Below are positions 13,590-25,331 of a DNA stretch of 46,380 nucleotides, piece by piece. The stretch spans positions 1-46,380 of the forward strand of contig CAJFCJ010000087.1 of the NCBI GenBank assembly GCA_904063045.1, in the 5' to 3' direction. Positions within the stretch are counted from its first letter, which is position 1; each line of letters starts with the position of its first letter. The translations under genes and the position numbers were made by a program. The DNA comes from Dimorphilus gyrociliatus. Lineage: Eukaryota > Animalia > Annelida. The notes under the pieces were generated by a model. The model was not told the DNA's origin. It searched no databases and saw only the letters and a program-made list of their open reading frames with translations.

Positions 13590-14015
13590 TTACAGCTGTA
13601 TTCTTATCTTGAAAAAGAGGGAAAAAATAAATTCTCCCCAAGGTCTAGTTGATGTCGTAGTTCTAGGTACATCCGTAGTTCTTGTAGAGAGGGAAGGAGT
13701 CGTGGTTGCATGTTTACTAGTCGTTTTTGGGGAAATAGTTGTAGTAAGCCTTGAAGATAGTTCTGTTGTTCTTGGACCTCTGGTTGCTGTTTCTGTTGGA
13801 TATTTAGTAGTTGTAAAACGATATGTCAATGATGACAGCCAAGAAGATATAGTTTGCCGTTTCGTTGTCCTTCTTGAAGTAGTGGTTGTCTGCTGGTAAT
13901 CGAAAGATTTCTTTGATTTCCGATCAACGCTGTCACTGGATATATGATCACGTAGTAATGCTAAATTGACAAATTCCAAAAGAATTAGCATTATACACAC
14001 ACCAAGCAACCTCAT
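13590..14015 (-). CDS. Secreted Thr/Ser-rich mucin-like peptide, about 141 aa
   Basis: ATG at 14015. Signal peptide MRLLGVCIMLILLEFVNLA, basic RKSKK site, then TTT-rich low-complexity sequence. The 3' end may be spliced differently. Confidence 0.6.
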   Translation of the reverse strand: MRLLGVCIMLILLEFVNLALLRDHISSDSVDRKSKKSFDYQQTTTTSRRTTKRQTISSWLSSLTYRFTTTKYPTETATRGPRTTELSSRLTTTISPKTTSKHATTTPSLSTRTTDVPRTTTSTRPWGEFIFSLFFKIRIQL

Positions 14016-14562
14016 TCTCTGAAATGTTTCTAAAGGAGTCAAACAAACTATCTGTCTTGAAAACAATGAGAAGACTAATCAACGTTGTTTTATACACGAT
14101 TTTCTGTTTCGTATATACTGATATGTTGTGATAGCTCTGTCTTTATTTGTTTTACTTTTTTACTATCTTGCAAAAATACCTGTTGGTGCTTTTATATAAG
14201 TCCATCAGGCACTGCTCAAAGCTCTGTCTGAAGCTCACCCAATGTGCTTGACACACTTACAACACATACAAAAGAATTTTAGAGGAGAGTTTTTGTTCAT
14301 ATCACGGCCACTCATAAAAGGTATTGCCTATTAAGAATATAAGTAAGCCTATATATTACAATGCTGCAGATAAATGAAGAATAATATTTTATTAAAAACA
14401 CCTGTAAATATTACTTGACCTTATCTTTTTCACTTCAGGGTTATCTTCTATCGTCTTAGACATTCTATTACTTTTTGTACTAATGTATAAAGCAGTTGTT
14501 TTGGACGAATTTATATTGTCATTGGCTTATCAAATCATTTAATATCCCTAACAATTGAACCT

Positions 14563-14631
14563 TTGGCCAAACTATCTTTCAATTCGTCATCCTGAAGGTT
14601 CATCTTCCATTACCAGGTAAGGTTTGGCCAA
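14563..14631. repeat. Dispersed 69-bp TTGGCCAAAC-bounded repeat, copy 2
   Basis: Inverted homolog of 10474-10542. Confidence 0.75.
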
Positions 14632-14865
14632 TTCATCTTTTTATTGTTAATTTCAAACTAACTAAACTTTTAGGTATCTTTTCATATATTCTTTAACTTT
14701 AGCTTTTGTGACAAAAAAATATTATAACATTTTAACACAGATACTCTTTGTATTATTTCTATAATAGGAATTTATAATTTAACGGAATAAAATAGTTTTT
14801 ACATTCTTACAACAACTCTTTCACTGGGTAGGACAAATAGAGTAGTATATATTCTCTTTTACTTT

Positions 14866-16010
14866 TTACATACATATATTAACCAAGCTAAGTTTTGATG
14901 AAATTCCAATTTCACAAAAACTATTTTCACTTGACAAACTATAAATTGTCATACTGTCGTAATCTTTACCAGAACATATAAAATTACAAAACGTTTCTTG
15001 GTTTTCTTCCAGTATACAATATTTTGATTTGTTACTTTCATTATTTGATACAAATATATTCAAACAATCTGTAGTTTTGACTTTGTAGATGATAACATTC
15101 ATATCAACTGTTATTTTTGCTTGTGATGTAAATTTTATTCTTCCATTTAATGGAATTTTTGGTATGTCTGATGGACATTCTAGAATTCCATCACCAAATG
15201 TTGTTATCAATTTTACTTCAGCATATCTGACACAGATATTTTCTATAGATATGTTGAATGTTCCTATTCAATAGATAGAAAAAGATCAAGTAATAGAAAT
15301 AGGACAAGTGTCTTATTTTATAACTAACTAAAACACTGAGGCCTCATGGAATGATATACTGAACTCCCGGTATTCATTGAACCAGGAACAGAAACTAAAC
15401 CAAGTAAATGGCATTCGTTTTGAGAATTTATTGAAAAGCATTCATCATATTCTAAACATCTCTCTTTGCAAACTGCTGAATCAGAGAAAAACAATTTTCT
15501 AATGACGCAAGGACCACAACCACTAATATGTTCAGTAGGAAAATCTTTCCAACTGTGACAATCTACAAAGAAAATATTGATTTAAAAATTGAAAGAAAAA
15601 AAAGAACAAACCCAAACCCGAATTAGTAATTTTGGTATAATAATTTGTGTTCTCTTCAACAGAAGTATTGGCATTGTATGATCCAAATTTTTTTAGATTA
15701 CATACTTTAGATATTTGCTTGTATTCTACACTTGTACACCTGTTTTCATTGTGACAATATTCAATACATTTCTCATTTGATTCAACATTTGAGAATGTTG
15801 ATAAAACTGGCGCATAATTTAAAACAGTATTTGCTTGACCATAGAATTCATTACAGACTGAAAATTCAAATATACAGTATATTGGTATGTATAGCTATAT
15901 ATCCATAGAATGATAAATAACTTACATGATTGTCCAAGATATAGCTGAAGTTCTAATGTTAAAGTTTGTAAAGAAGAAAGAAAAATAAAGAGGAATATTT
16001 TTCGAACCAT
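14866..16010 (-). CDS. Secreted protein, 318 aa: two PAN/Apple domains plus a C-terminal beta domain ending FCEI
   Basis: Exons 16010-15926, 15857-15618, 15562-15329 and 15263-14866; three phase-1 GT-AG introns of 68, 55 and 65 bp; open throughout. Signal peptide MVRKIFLFIFLSSLQTLT. PAN patterns CIEYC...RCTSVEY....CNL and CKERC...ECFSI....CHL. Confidence 0.85.
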
Positions 16011-16529
16011 TTGATCAGTATTTATACACTCCTTATAATTTGTATAAAGTATAACTCTTCTCTCTATCTGCTTCTATCTGAATGTTGGCTTTGTATGAAA
16101 CAATCCATTATTTTAATTATAGATTTCAATATGCATTCTTTAACGTTACTTCAAAGTGTAATATTTATTTGGTCTGTAAATTTATAAAGAGAGAGAAAAG
16201 GACAATATATTGGATCACTCAGTTCTTGTTGAAGAAAAGGCATTTAATACTTAAATAACTCTATGAATTATTTTATTGGTTGTATAAAAGTAAAGCTAAA
16301 GTTTTTCAATCATTAGAATAATTGATTGGACTGATTTTTAAATATTAGAATTGGATTGAAAAATATAATGGTAATTAATTTGAATTGATCTCAACTCATT
16401 TTTTATAAACATTTTTAGATAATTGAATAGGTCATGCATAAAACAGTAACAAAATGTATTCCCTGTTCAATGGAACTGGTTGGTCTGATAGTCATTTTAA
16501 GTTGAAAAGCACAATGAAAAGGGACACAC

Positions 16530-16940
16530 AAAAAATCTAGAAATGTTCCTATGGGTGCGGTGGGCCAAGAAAATAACGATAGGAATTTAAAGTCTAGTTT
16601 TTCCCATCATCCCAAGCCAATAGATGCTGGAAAGCAGAGGTGGAGTAATGGTTTGGGGACTAATAACTTCAGATGGGATATTGGAAGTTTGAAGGGTCAG
16701 CAAAAAATTAAAATACACAAACATATTCTTCTTTTGTTGTTAAAGATGTTCTCCCTATTATTGACAAAATCTCAGATAGATTGCGGAGATATTACACCTT
16801 CCAACAAGACAATTCAATGTGCCACACAGCAAAAGTTACCAGGATGAATGGTACACATCCACATTGATCGGCCAGTTAAGAGCCTAGATCTTAGTCCTAT
16901 AGAAAATGTGTGGCACCTGACTAAAAATTTAGTATGTGAT
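16530..16940 (+). mobile_element. Tc1 transposase relic (catalytic region)
   Basis: Across frameshifts it reads GGVMVWGLITSDG, YTFQQDNSMCHTAKV and PVKSLDLSPIENVW, the canonical Tc1 DD34E motifs. Confidence 0.9.
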
Positions 16941-17134
16941 GAGACAATTTAATTATTTCAATTCATTAAATACAAATAGTAAAGGACTTATCCAATGAAT
17001 GTTAAATTTTAATCCAAAAATTGACAGAATATTTAAAATAAGAGAAACGATATTAAAAAACTCAAATTGTAAATTAGCAAATCAGAAAATTAAAGAAAAT
17101 CAAAGAAAAAACTTTAAATTTGTCAAAATTCAAA

Positions 17135-18823
17135 TTAGTAGTATGGAAATAAACCAATCTCATCCAATAAAATTTCCTCCATGGTATGCGGAACATAGTC
17201 ATCCAAAATATCATCATCAGGATCTGATGTATAATTACAATTGTAACATGATTTCGCCAGTTTTTCATTAGCTACAAGAAGTTGATAGAAATCTCTGTGT
17301 TCATTCTTAGTCAAATAGCATCCTGCACAATTTATATATTGTAAACTGTTTGCTGAAGGAATTAGTCCAGAAAAAATTTTTATTAAGCCATCCCCAATAT
17401 CATCATTTTCGCTAACATCTATCTTTTCAATAAAACTACATTTGCTTAACATATTTTCTATGTATTCGCATTCTTCCAGAGTTAGGAAACATCCTGAAAA
17501 TCCAATTTCTTTTAAAGTATTTGATGAGTGAAAAAGTCCATTACAAATATCTGATAATCCATCTTCCATACCATGATTCCAACCCAAGTCAATTTTTTCT
17601 ATGTTAGAACATTTTTCCAACATTTTTCCCAAATGTTTACAAGCATTTCCATATATTTTGCAAGAATTCAAAAAAATTATTTTTAAAGTTTTTGACAAAG
17701 AACAAAGTCCATCAAAGATATCTAGTAATCCATCTTGCATATTTCTATTGCAAGATATATTTATTCTTTCAATTTTAGTGCACTTTTTCAACAATTCTCC
17801 AAAGTGTTTGCTATGCTCAACTGTTAGATTACACTCTTCAAAATTGATATCTTTTAGTGTATTGACTGATGTATAAAGACCAATAAAAATATTTGATAAT
17901 CCATCTTGTAAATCAGGGTTAAAATTTAAATTTATTCTTTCAATTTTATAACTGTCTTTCAAAAAATTTCCAATTTTAATACCATGATTAACAGTTAAAT
18001 TACATTTTTCGAAATCAATATGTGTTAAAGTGTTGAATGATTGAGATAGTTGAACAAAAATATTTGATAACGATTCTCCCATATCTCGATTAATATTTAA
18101 ATTTATCTTTTCAATATTAGAACAGTTTTCTAACAGTTTTACCACCAAAATTCCTTCATCTTTTGTTAAAAAGCACAATCCAAAATTGACATCTTTTAAT
18201 GAATTTGATAATGAGGATGGGAAAAGTCCATTTAGAATATTTGATAATCCATCTTTCGCATTCTTGTTCCCATTCAAATTTATTCTCTCAATTTTTGAAC
18301 ACTTTTTCAATAAAATTTCAATCTTTAGACATTGATCTTTTGTTAGATTACAACTTTTCAAATTGATATCTTTTAGAGTAGATTTTGATGTTAAAAGCCC
18401 ATTAAAAATATTTGCTAATCCATCTTTCATATTATCATTATAACTGAAATTTATTCTCTCAATATTAGAACATTTACTGAGTAGACTTTCAACAATGAGA
18501 CATTCATCTTTGCCCAGGTGACATCTTTTAAGTTTGATATCTTTAAGATTATTTCCTGAATGTAAAAGTCCATTGAAAATAGTCAAAAATCCATCTTTGT
18601 TTAAAGAACGCTTGTTAAAATGTATTTTTTGGATTGAAGAACATTTACTCAAGAATCTCCCAACATGTAGACATTGATTTTCATCAAGATGACTTTTATT
18701 AAAATTGATTTCTTTTACAGAATTAACCAATGGAAAACTGTTCAAACATTCATCTTTAACAGAACCTTTATTGTTATCATTTTGAAGTATTTCATCAGCA
18801 GAAAGAATTCTTGAAGAAGTTTG
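17135..18823 (-). CDS. RNI-like (ribonuclease inhibitor/NLRC3-type) leucine-rich repeat protein, terminal exon of at least 562 aa
   Basis: Uninterrupted frame with about 17 alternating 28-aa repeats (L..CS.IEKI.L..N..M.DGL..IF.GL / S.TLK.I.F..C.LT......). The frame is open upstream to a tag acceptor at 18824-18825. The upstream exon was not found. Confidence 0.9.
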   Translation of the reverse strand, partial: QTSSRILSADEILQNDNNKGSVKDECLNSFPLVNSVKEINFNKSHLDENQCLHVGRFLSKCSSIQKIHFNKRSLNKDGFLTIFNGLLHSGNNLKDIKLKRCHLGKDECLIVESLLSKCSNIERINFSYNDNMKDGLANIFNGLLTSKSTLKDINLKSCNLTKDQCLKIEILLKKCSKIERINLNGNKNAKDGLSNILNGLFPSSLSNSLKDVNFGLCFLTKDEGILVVKLLENCSNIEKINLNINRDMGESLSNIFVQLSQSFNTLTHIDFEKCNLTVNHGIKIGNFLKDSYKIERINLNFNPDLQDGLSNIFIGLYTSVNTLKDINFEECNLTVEHSKHFGELLKKCTKIERINISCNRNMQDGLLDIFDGLCSLSKTLKIIFLNSCKIYGNACKHLGKMLEKCSNIEKIDLGWNHGMEDGLSDICNGLFHSSNTLKEIGFSGCFLTLEECEYIENMLSKCSFIEKIDVSENDDIGDGLIKIFSGLIPSANSLQYINCAGCYLTKNEHRDFYQLLVANEKLAKSCYNCNYTSDPDDDILDDYVPHTMEEILLDEIGLFPYY

Positions 18824-18857
18824 CTATGCAATGAACATCTACATGCAAAATGTATCA

Positions 18858-19200
18858 TCAGTAAGTTTTGTAATTTATCTGTTCAATTGTAAATATACAA
18901 TTATTTCCTTTCAGATTCCAGGCTGTCAGATCTGGGTTGTAGATTGGATGAGGTAATACTACCCACCCAGTTGTTCTAAGATATTGAGTAGTTTGTAGGC
19001 TAGTATGAGATCTGGCACTATCTTGTAATAAAATAATCTCTTTACTAGGCATGATTCTATTTATTCTTTGCTTTAATCTTTTTAGAAGTAAGTGATTTTT
19101 AAACGAAATTAAAGATTTCAATGAAGATTTAATGATAAAGTAAAGCTTCTCGAAATCCTCAAAAGCAAGTTTAGTTCAATTAGCAGTTCTAACCTTTCTA
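18858..19200 (-). mobile_element. mariner transposase relic (catalytic C-terminal half)
   Basis: LKRLKQRINRIMP..IILLQDSARSH...T.QYL...GWVVLPHPIYNPDL matches HDNARPH...LPHPPYSPDL. Confidence 0.85.
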
Positions 19201-19479
19201 TGGTTGAATAGTGACTTATCATATGCAGCACTTTTATGGCATATGTCAAGCATTTTTAGGAGAGAGATCAAGGAATATAAAATAAACAAAAAGTTCTTCC
19301 TATTCTGTCAATTTAGAAATTGGCATTATATCATGTTTTAAAAAAAAATAGTTTGTTTTTCATACCAGCTTATACATATTTCCATTCCTCTATCCTGTTT
19401 TTCATCTTTAAAGAACGTGATTAGACCCGCCTCCTTCTATTTCTTTTAGAACCCTTTTAGACTTTTATATTGATTTTCA

Positions 19480-19640
19480 ATTCAGATTTTAACCCTGAAA
19501 ATTGATTTCTTTGAAGATTTTGACAAGCCAAAGAGTCCATTACAAATATGTAACTATCTCTTCTCATATATTCATTTCTTCCTAAGTTATTTATTTCAAT
19601 TTGAAAGAATAAATGAAGAGATCTCCAATATATTCTACAT
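19480..19640 (-). pseudogene. Degenerate RNI-type LRR fragment
   Basis: AAGAGTCCATTACAAATAT matches 17533-17551 of the LRR gene. Translates as LHICNGLFGLSKS / KEINFQG.NL with frameshifts. Confidence 0.55.
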
Positions 19641-20479
19641 TACCTAAATTCTTAAATTAATTAAATGTCAATCTCAGAAATGCATTACTTTAAAAGTTAT
19701 TTCAGAATTAGAATATCAAAGTCTTTTTTCTATTGTTAATAGTTTTTCAATAGAATAAGAAAAACAACTTTTTTTGTGTTTTTGCAAGTTACAATAGTAC
19801 TGCCTCTACTCAAACCTTTAAACATATGTTTAATTTAAAAGCAAAAACCAAAAAACTGCAAAGATTTCACTAGCAAGAAAATTCATTTGTAAAGAGGGGA
19901 GCAAAGAAGACATTCATGGGGCAAATGAAAATGTATTATCCAACATACCAAAAAGTCACAGACGAAAATTTTTATCCATTTCACCCAAACAATATATAGA
20001 AAACTTCAGATATAAGACATTATCAAATAACACACTTTAACTATTACTTACAATAGATTTCTTTTAAAGTCTCTTGGCTACTCTGGAAAGTATATTGCGC
20101 GAGTAGAAAAATCATAACAGTCAACTCTGAATTGGAAAATGAAGTAGAAATAACAGCTGAACAATCAAATGCTGATGGTATCACTGAACATAATCATCTT
20201 AATAGTGGTTCAGATTATGATGAGAATGAAAAACAAAATGATGGAAATATCAGATAAGATATTGAGAATATTTGTGTTTTTGTTAAAAACAATTGTACAG
20301 AAGTAATGATTGTATTTGATATTGAAATAACAATGGAAAATCTTTCTCAGGATTCAACTAATTTAATGGAAACTTAGCGACCTCCTCCGCTACTTTAGCT
20401 CCTCACCTTTGTAGCTCTTTGTTTACACATTCTCTATTTCTTGGATTATGTATGTGATTTCAACTATCACACAATTAAA

Positions 20480-20880
20480 TTCAATGTTTTCAAATTCTAT
20501 AAATGACTCAGCCGAATTATGGAGAAAAACCAGCCATCATTCATTTTTACATATTTTTTTCCAACTGTCAGGAGAAACTTCCAGTCTCTCAAAACCCTAA
20601 CAAACGCTTTATCAGCCGAAAATAACAAGTATTGATTATCCCATTCACTTGCAAATGCTTTCACAGGCAGTTGAAGATGTTTTGAAAATTAAAGTATCCC
20701 ATTTTGAAAGATCATCTTGGTACCAAATCTGTATGCTGGAATGGAGGGGTAGGATAAGTACATGCATTGAGAAAGAAGGTCATCAAATACAAAGGTAGCA
20801 AAAATATTAGTCCCCAAACCATTGTCCGGAATAATGTGACTCACTGCCAAATAAAGAAAAAAGATCATGAAAATATACAC
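20480..20880 (-). pseudogene. Possible secreted-protein pseudogene, family not recognised
   Basis: Hydrophobic start MIFFLYLAVSHII. About 130 codons are open except for one TAA at 20689 (..QNGIL*FSKHLQLPVKAFASEWDNQY..DWKF..DGWF). Confidence 0.3.
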
Positions 20881-21611
20881 TATATAAAAACGAAAAAAAC
20901 GATATAAAAATTTATCTAAATACTATTTCATAGAAATATATGAAATAGGATATTAAGTGCAATAGAAAAAGACTTCCCTTCTACCTCTTCTTTGCTCCCT
21001 TGATATCATATTTAACTGTCCCATTTCCAGCAAATGGTCCAGCCAAGGAACTTTTGATTCTAATAGACTCTGACCCTTTAAGCAAGAGATTCTTACTGTA
21101 TTCTCATCAAAGGAATAAGGTTCAGAAATCAAATTTGTAAGTTCAATGTAGTTAAGAGTCAGATTTCAATTCATAAAAAACAATCAGCTATTGAAATCTT
21201 TCCAGAATAAAAGCAAGGCAAAAGATTAATAAGAATTATAAAAAAAGATTCTACTTTATTTTTAAGTAAAGTACACCAAAGCTATTGAGAATTGACATAA
21301 AAAATTTCTTTTTAAAGGCTGTATTGGTCAAATTTCAATGAAGCAAAGCCAAAAAATACCAGTTTTCTAGACATTTGAAAAGATTCACGGCTGCATAGAA
21401 AATTTAAGGACAAAAGATAGAAGGTCTATTATTGACAGTTTTGACAGTAGTAGAGTTGTGTCTGATCAAAACAGTCCCTCTATCTGCTTAATGAAAGACA
21501 TTTTAAATTGAGATTGAACAGTTATATAAGCACCTAGATAAGAATTGTACACGACTGTTAGAGGGCATAGTCCATAAGTGTACAAAAACTCTTATACAGT
21601 CGTAATATTAA

Positions 21612-21660
21612 GGTTAGGGTTGGGGTAAAGCCATACATTCACGGCCGTTTTCTACCGCAT
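21612..21660 (+). mobile_element. Partial relative of the TTAGGG-containing MITE (right end)
   Basis: GGTTAGGGTTGGGGTAAAGCCATACATTCACGGCCGTTTTCTACCG aligns without gaps to GGTTAGGGTTAGGGTTAAATCATGCATTTGGGGACGTTTTCTGTCG at 35403-35448. Confidence 0.6.
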
Positions 21661-21922
21661 ACTTAACAATAGCATTTTGCATGAGGTACATACAATGCTG
21701 CTGCACAACTTTGGCAGATATTTCAATATATTGAACAAATTGTATATTTGCCTTTTTCATAGAACAAAAAGTCTTAATCAATTGTCTTAGTTTTCTTTTG
21801 CATGAATTAATCATCAGTTTGATAATGATAATCAATCAGGAAAAGGTAAAAAAAAAACAAAAACAGTTTGATAGTTTGTTAGACGCGATCTCCTCGGATA
21901 TAAAGAAAAAAGAAGAGAAAAG

Positions 21923-23022
21923 ATGAAAAATCTTGCAGAGTTATCTGTTGCTAAGATTTTCAAATTGTGCATTCTTTTCTCTCTTTTTCGTCAACTTGAC
22001 GCTGTTGTGTGTAGTCAACCGGAGGCAGAAAAAGTAGAATGTGGATTTCTGGGAATTGACTATGACAAATGTGTCAATCTTGGCTGCTGCTATGATTCTC
22101 TTTCACCAATTCCTTGTTTTCTTCCTGGAAGTAAATTTAGTTTTCTGTTAAATAACATAATTTTTAATTAACATAAATAAATCTTTTTGATAGGCAAAAT
22201 TCAATTACATAAGAGTGCAAATACTCATATTTCTGATGAAAACATAACTCAGAAATATCAAATTTGTCAGTATAAATATCAACACACTGCTGTCAAAGTT
22301 CAAGGTTGAAATTAAATTATTTATTTTATAATTAGCTACATAAATCTCTCTCAAAATAGGAATACACATTTGGACACTCTACAAATATATACAAACTACA
22401 GAGTGCTTATCAACACAACAAGGATTCTCCATTCAAGAAGGCCCCAAATTTAATCTCTTCTGGGATTTTAATGATTTAACTCAACTGGTTATGATGTCGC
22501 CATGTAAAGTTTCTATTATTTTTATCTATACTTTAAAATAAAATAAAAGTTTTTTTAGTAATTCCAGAAAAAGGTGAGAATATGGGAGGTGAATCTCATA
22601 TGATGATTGATAGTATTTGTGATTTGGGAGGACTAACAGTTCCGAAAAGATATGAAACCTGTTCAAATTTAACGTCTACAAATTTTGAACAAAAGTTTTT
22701 ATATCAGATCTATGAACCATCAAGTTCTAAAGTAAAAGTAGAAGTTCGAGGAGAAAATTTTGCATGTTCAACTTCAGATAACAAACCTTTTGTAATAGTT
22801 TACTCAAAGGCCTATGATCAATATTTTAAAGCCAATGATTTATGGAGTGGAGAATTTATCTCATGCTCACTGATAGATTCGAATGAAAAATGCTCTTACG
22901 AATGCTTCTGTCAGCAATCTATATGTAAAATGATCTATTTAAAATGGATGATCAATTATGATAAAGAATTATTTCCATTATCTAATGTTACTGTTTGTGA
23001 CATAAATGTTGTGGCTCTTTAA
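21923..23022 (+). CDS. Secreted protein, 308 aa: trefoil (P-type) domain, unassigned middle region, C-terminal beta domain ending VCDI
   Basis: Exons 21923-22130, 22194-22304, 22360-22503 and 22559-23022; all introns phase 1; open frame. Trefoil pattern CSQPEAEKVECGFLGIDYDKCVNLGCCYDSLSPIPCF. Confidence 0.85.
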
Positions 23023-23112
23023 AATATAGAATAATAGTTGCATCTTATCCCAAAAAATTTTGTATATCTTTCATAAACTAACACATAGACAAGCAGCAAA
23101 AAAATTTTAAAA

Positions 23113-23116
<4 letters not shown>

Positions 23117-23143
<27 letters not shown>
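23117..23143. repeat. (CT)n microsatellite
   Basis: Perfect CT dinucleotide run. Confidence 0.9.
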
Positions 23144-23329
23144 TGCACGGAAAACAAATCCTAAAAAAAGAATCTCTTGACATTCAATATCAATTTTAAC
23201 ACAATGACAAGTGTGACAATTGGTCCCTTCATTCTCTATGTATGCCTGTCATTTGATTGGAAGTAAGTTGACATCATTGTGATAAAAGGAGGATGGTTTT
23301 CTCCTCAGAAAATCTATAAGGTTTTTTTC

Positions 23330-23740
23330 AATTCTTCCAAATTTTCATAGTGGTCCATCAATCTCACGACAAGATAATAGTCAGAGAAGGCAAAATTAGA
23401 TCTGTATGGTGGACGAGGGCACAATGATCGTCCTTGATCTCTTATAAAGTCTGTTATATAGCATTATCACGTTGTAATGTTATCTGTTTTTCAGGTCTGA
23501 TTCTATATAGTCTCTTTCTTAGCCTCTTTAGGGTCAGTTGCTTGTCAGTTCTGATCTGTTACAACTGTCTTTCGACAACCAAATCTTGGCAAGTCTTAAA
23601 ATTTTTGCTTCTTTTTTTATGTCAGATACCCACCTTCTTATGTAACATTCACTCAGATTTTCATCCCCGAAATAGCTTTTTAACTGTGTATAAATTATCC
23701 TTGGAGAGACTTTCTCACACACTAAAAATGCAATGAATTT
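23330..23740 (-). mobile_element. mariner relic with internal deletion
   Basis: An HTH (SPRIIYTQLKSYFGDENLSECYIRRW) is fused near 23545 to LKRLRKRLYRIRP..ITLQRDNA and PRPPYRSNFAFSDYYL. Confidence 0.8.
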
Positions 23741-24844
23741 TCATTGATTGGAAAGTGTAGACATGACTTGTAGTTGCTTATTACAAAACAAATTTAAAAT
23801 GGCTTGACAGAATTGAAAGAAAGTTTATACAGTGAAAGTTTACTGTTTATGGAGAATAAATAAATATCAGTGAACTGAAAGAGGTTTAAACTTCTGGCAT
23901 TGTTTTCTTGGAAATGTCAACATTACTTTAATAATAACCTTTATGCTAAATTTCACGAGTGGTCTTTGTATGTTAAATGATAAGAAATTTTGTGATTTTA
24001 TGATTGTTTATCATTGTTCATTAACTAAGTTTACACATTGTTAATTCAATGCTGAAATTATTTCAGTTTTCAAATCTATATTTATAACTTATTTTATCAA
24101 TACACAAGGAAAATCTTGCCTATAAATTAAAAAATACTAATTATAAACTAAAAGATCATTGTTTCTACAAACTTCAGAAGTAAAATGTAGATTGAGAATA
24201 AAAATAAACAAAGATTATTGGATTATTGATGTTCAGTATTGGAATTCATTTCGATAATCTCCAAAATAAAGAACGCTTACATTCAAAGTGTGAGAATCAG
24301 CTGGATAAGTCCTATCTACCCACCCTTGAATACATTTGAACTCAATCAAAAATTGATACCATTACTAACATTCATTGTTAAAAAACAATTCACTTTTAAC
24401 TATCAAATATGGTTGCCACTAATCAATAAAGATTAATACATCTTTAACATTAATAAAGGCTTAAGACTATGTAAAACATTCTACAAGGGAATAAGAAAAA
24501 TATGATTTATTTAATTTAAAGAATAATTGATTGTATATTTAAAAAATGCAATAAAATCAGTTTTAGACAAATTTTTCAATTATTTTGTGTACAAAATCTC
24601 CAAATGAAAATATATCATTGTTTCTACCAGCATCAGAATTTGTTTAACTCATATCTAGGAACACGCAACATCAAAGAGTTTTTTTGAAAGCAATTATAAA
24701 ATTTGGTCACTGAAAAAAACATTTGATTAAATAATTTATAATCAAGAGACATAAAACATGCATTCAAATTCTCTTTTATCAACAGCAGCTTTCAAAACTG
24801 ATAATCTGGAAAGCAAAATGTTCAAGCAATAACACAGAAAATTC

Positions 24845-25331
24845 CTATAAACTATACCTTTTCAATCTTCTTTTCTCCTTTTTCATTTCAAAAATTTCTC
24901 TGATGTCATTTAATGAATAAAATATTGGATTTAAAACAGAGTTTATAGGTATAAATACAACAATAATGAATGAGAAAACATCATTGTTAAAGTGAATTTT
25001 GAAGATTGTAGATAAAACACCTTGAAAAGACAGGGTTAGGGTTACCCTGTAGAGTTTAGTTTTATGGAATTGTAGGAATCTTACTGAGTGCCGAAGTGGG
25101 AAACCAACAAATACAGTTAATGGATACAATGAAAAATGATGTTTTCACTGAGTGAAAAACTGCAGTCTGTTTACTTTTTGTTTTCTTGAACGACATTGAT
25201 TTAACTATGCGAAGAATGATGTTTAAATACAATACGAATATTACAAAAGTGATGAAAAGCGGTATAACTCCAAATATGATTACTTTCATTTCCCATCCTT
25301 CACTCATTTCACTGAATATTGCTGTAGTGAA
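24845..25331 (-). CDS. Rhodopsin-class GPCR (GRL101/RXFP/LGR type), TM5-TM7 and tail; 5' part not recovered
   Basis: GWEMKVIIFG (TM5) and FFIVSINCICWFP (TM6), then a 64-bp intron at 25021-25084, then FIPINSVLNPIFYS (TM7). Both exons are open; upstream TM1-4 could not be joined cleanly. Confidence 0.65.

Noticed and set aside
13561-13899. Val-rich 112-aa ORF on the + strand
   Set aside because: Antisense shadow of the Thr-rich mucin-like gene.
17601-17876. Short ORFs overlapping larger genes on the opposite strand or in other frames (also 7763, 15089, 30078, 36602, 41548, 45819)
   Set aside because: Shadows of better-supported coding regions, with no independent features.
21614-21835. 73-aa ORF with QHCMYLMQN resembling a MULE CxxH region
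   Set aside because: Only one weak motif, and the ORF overlaps the MITE-like end.
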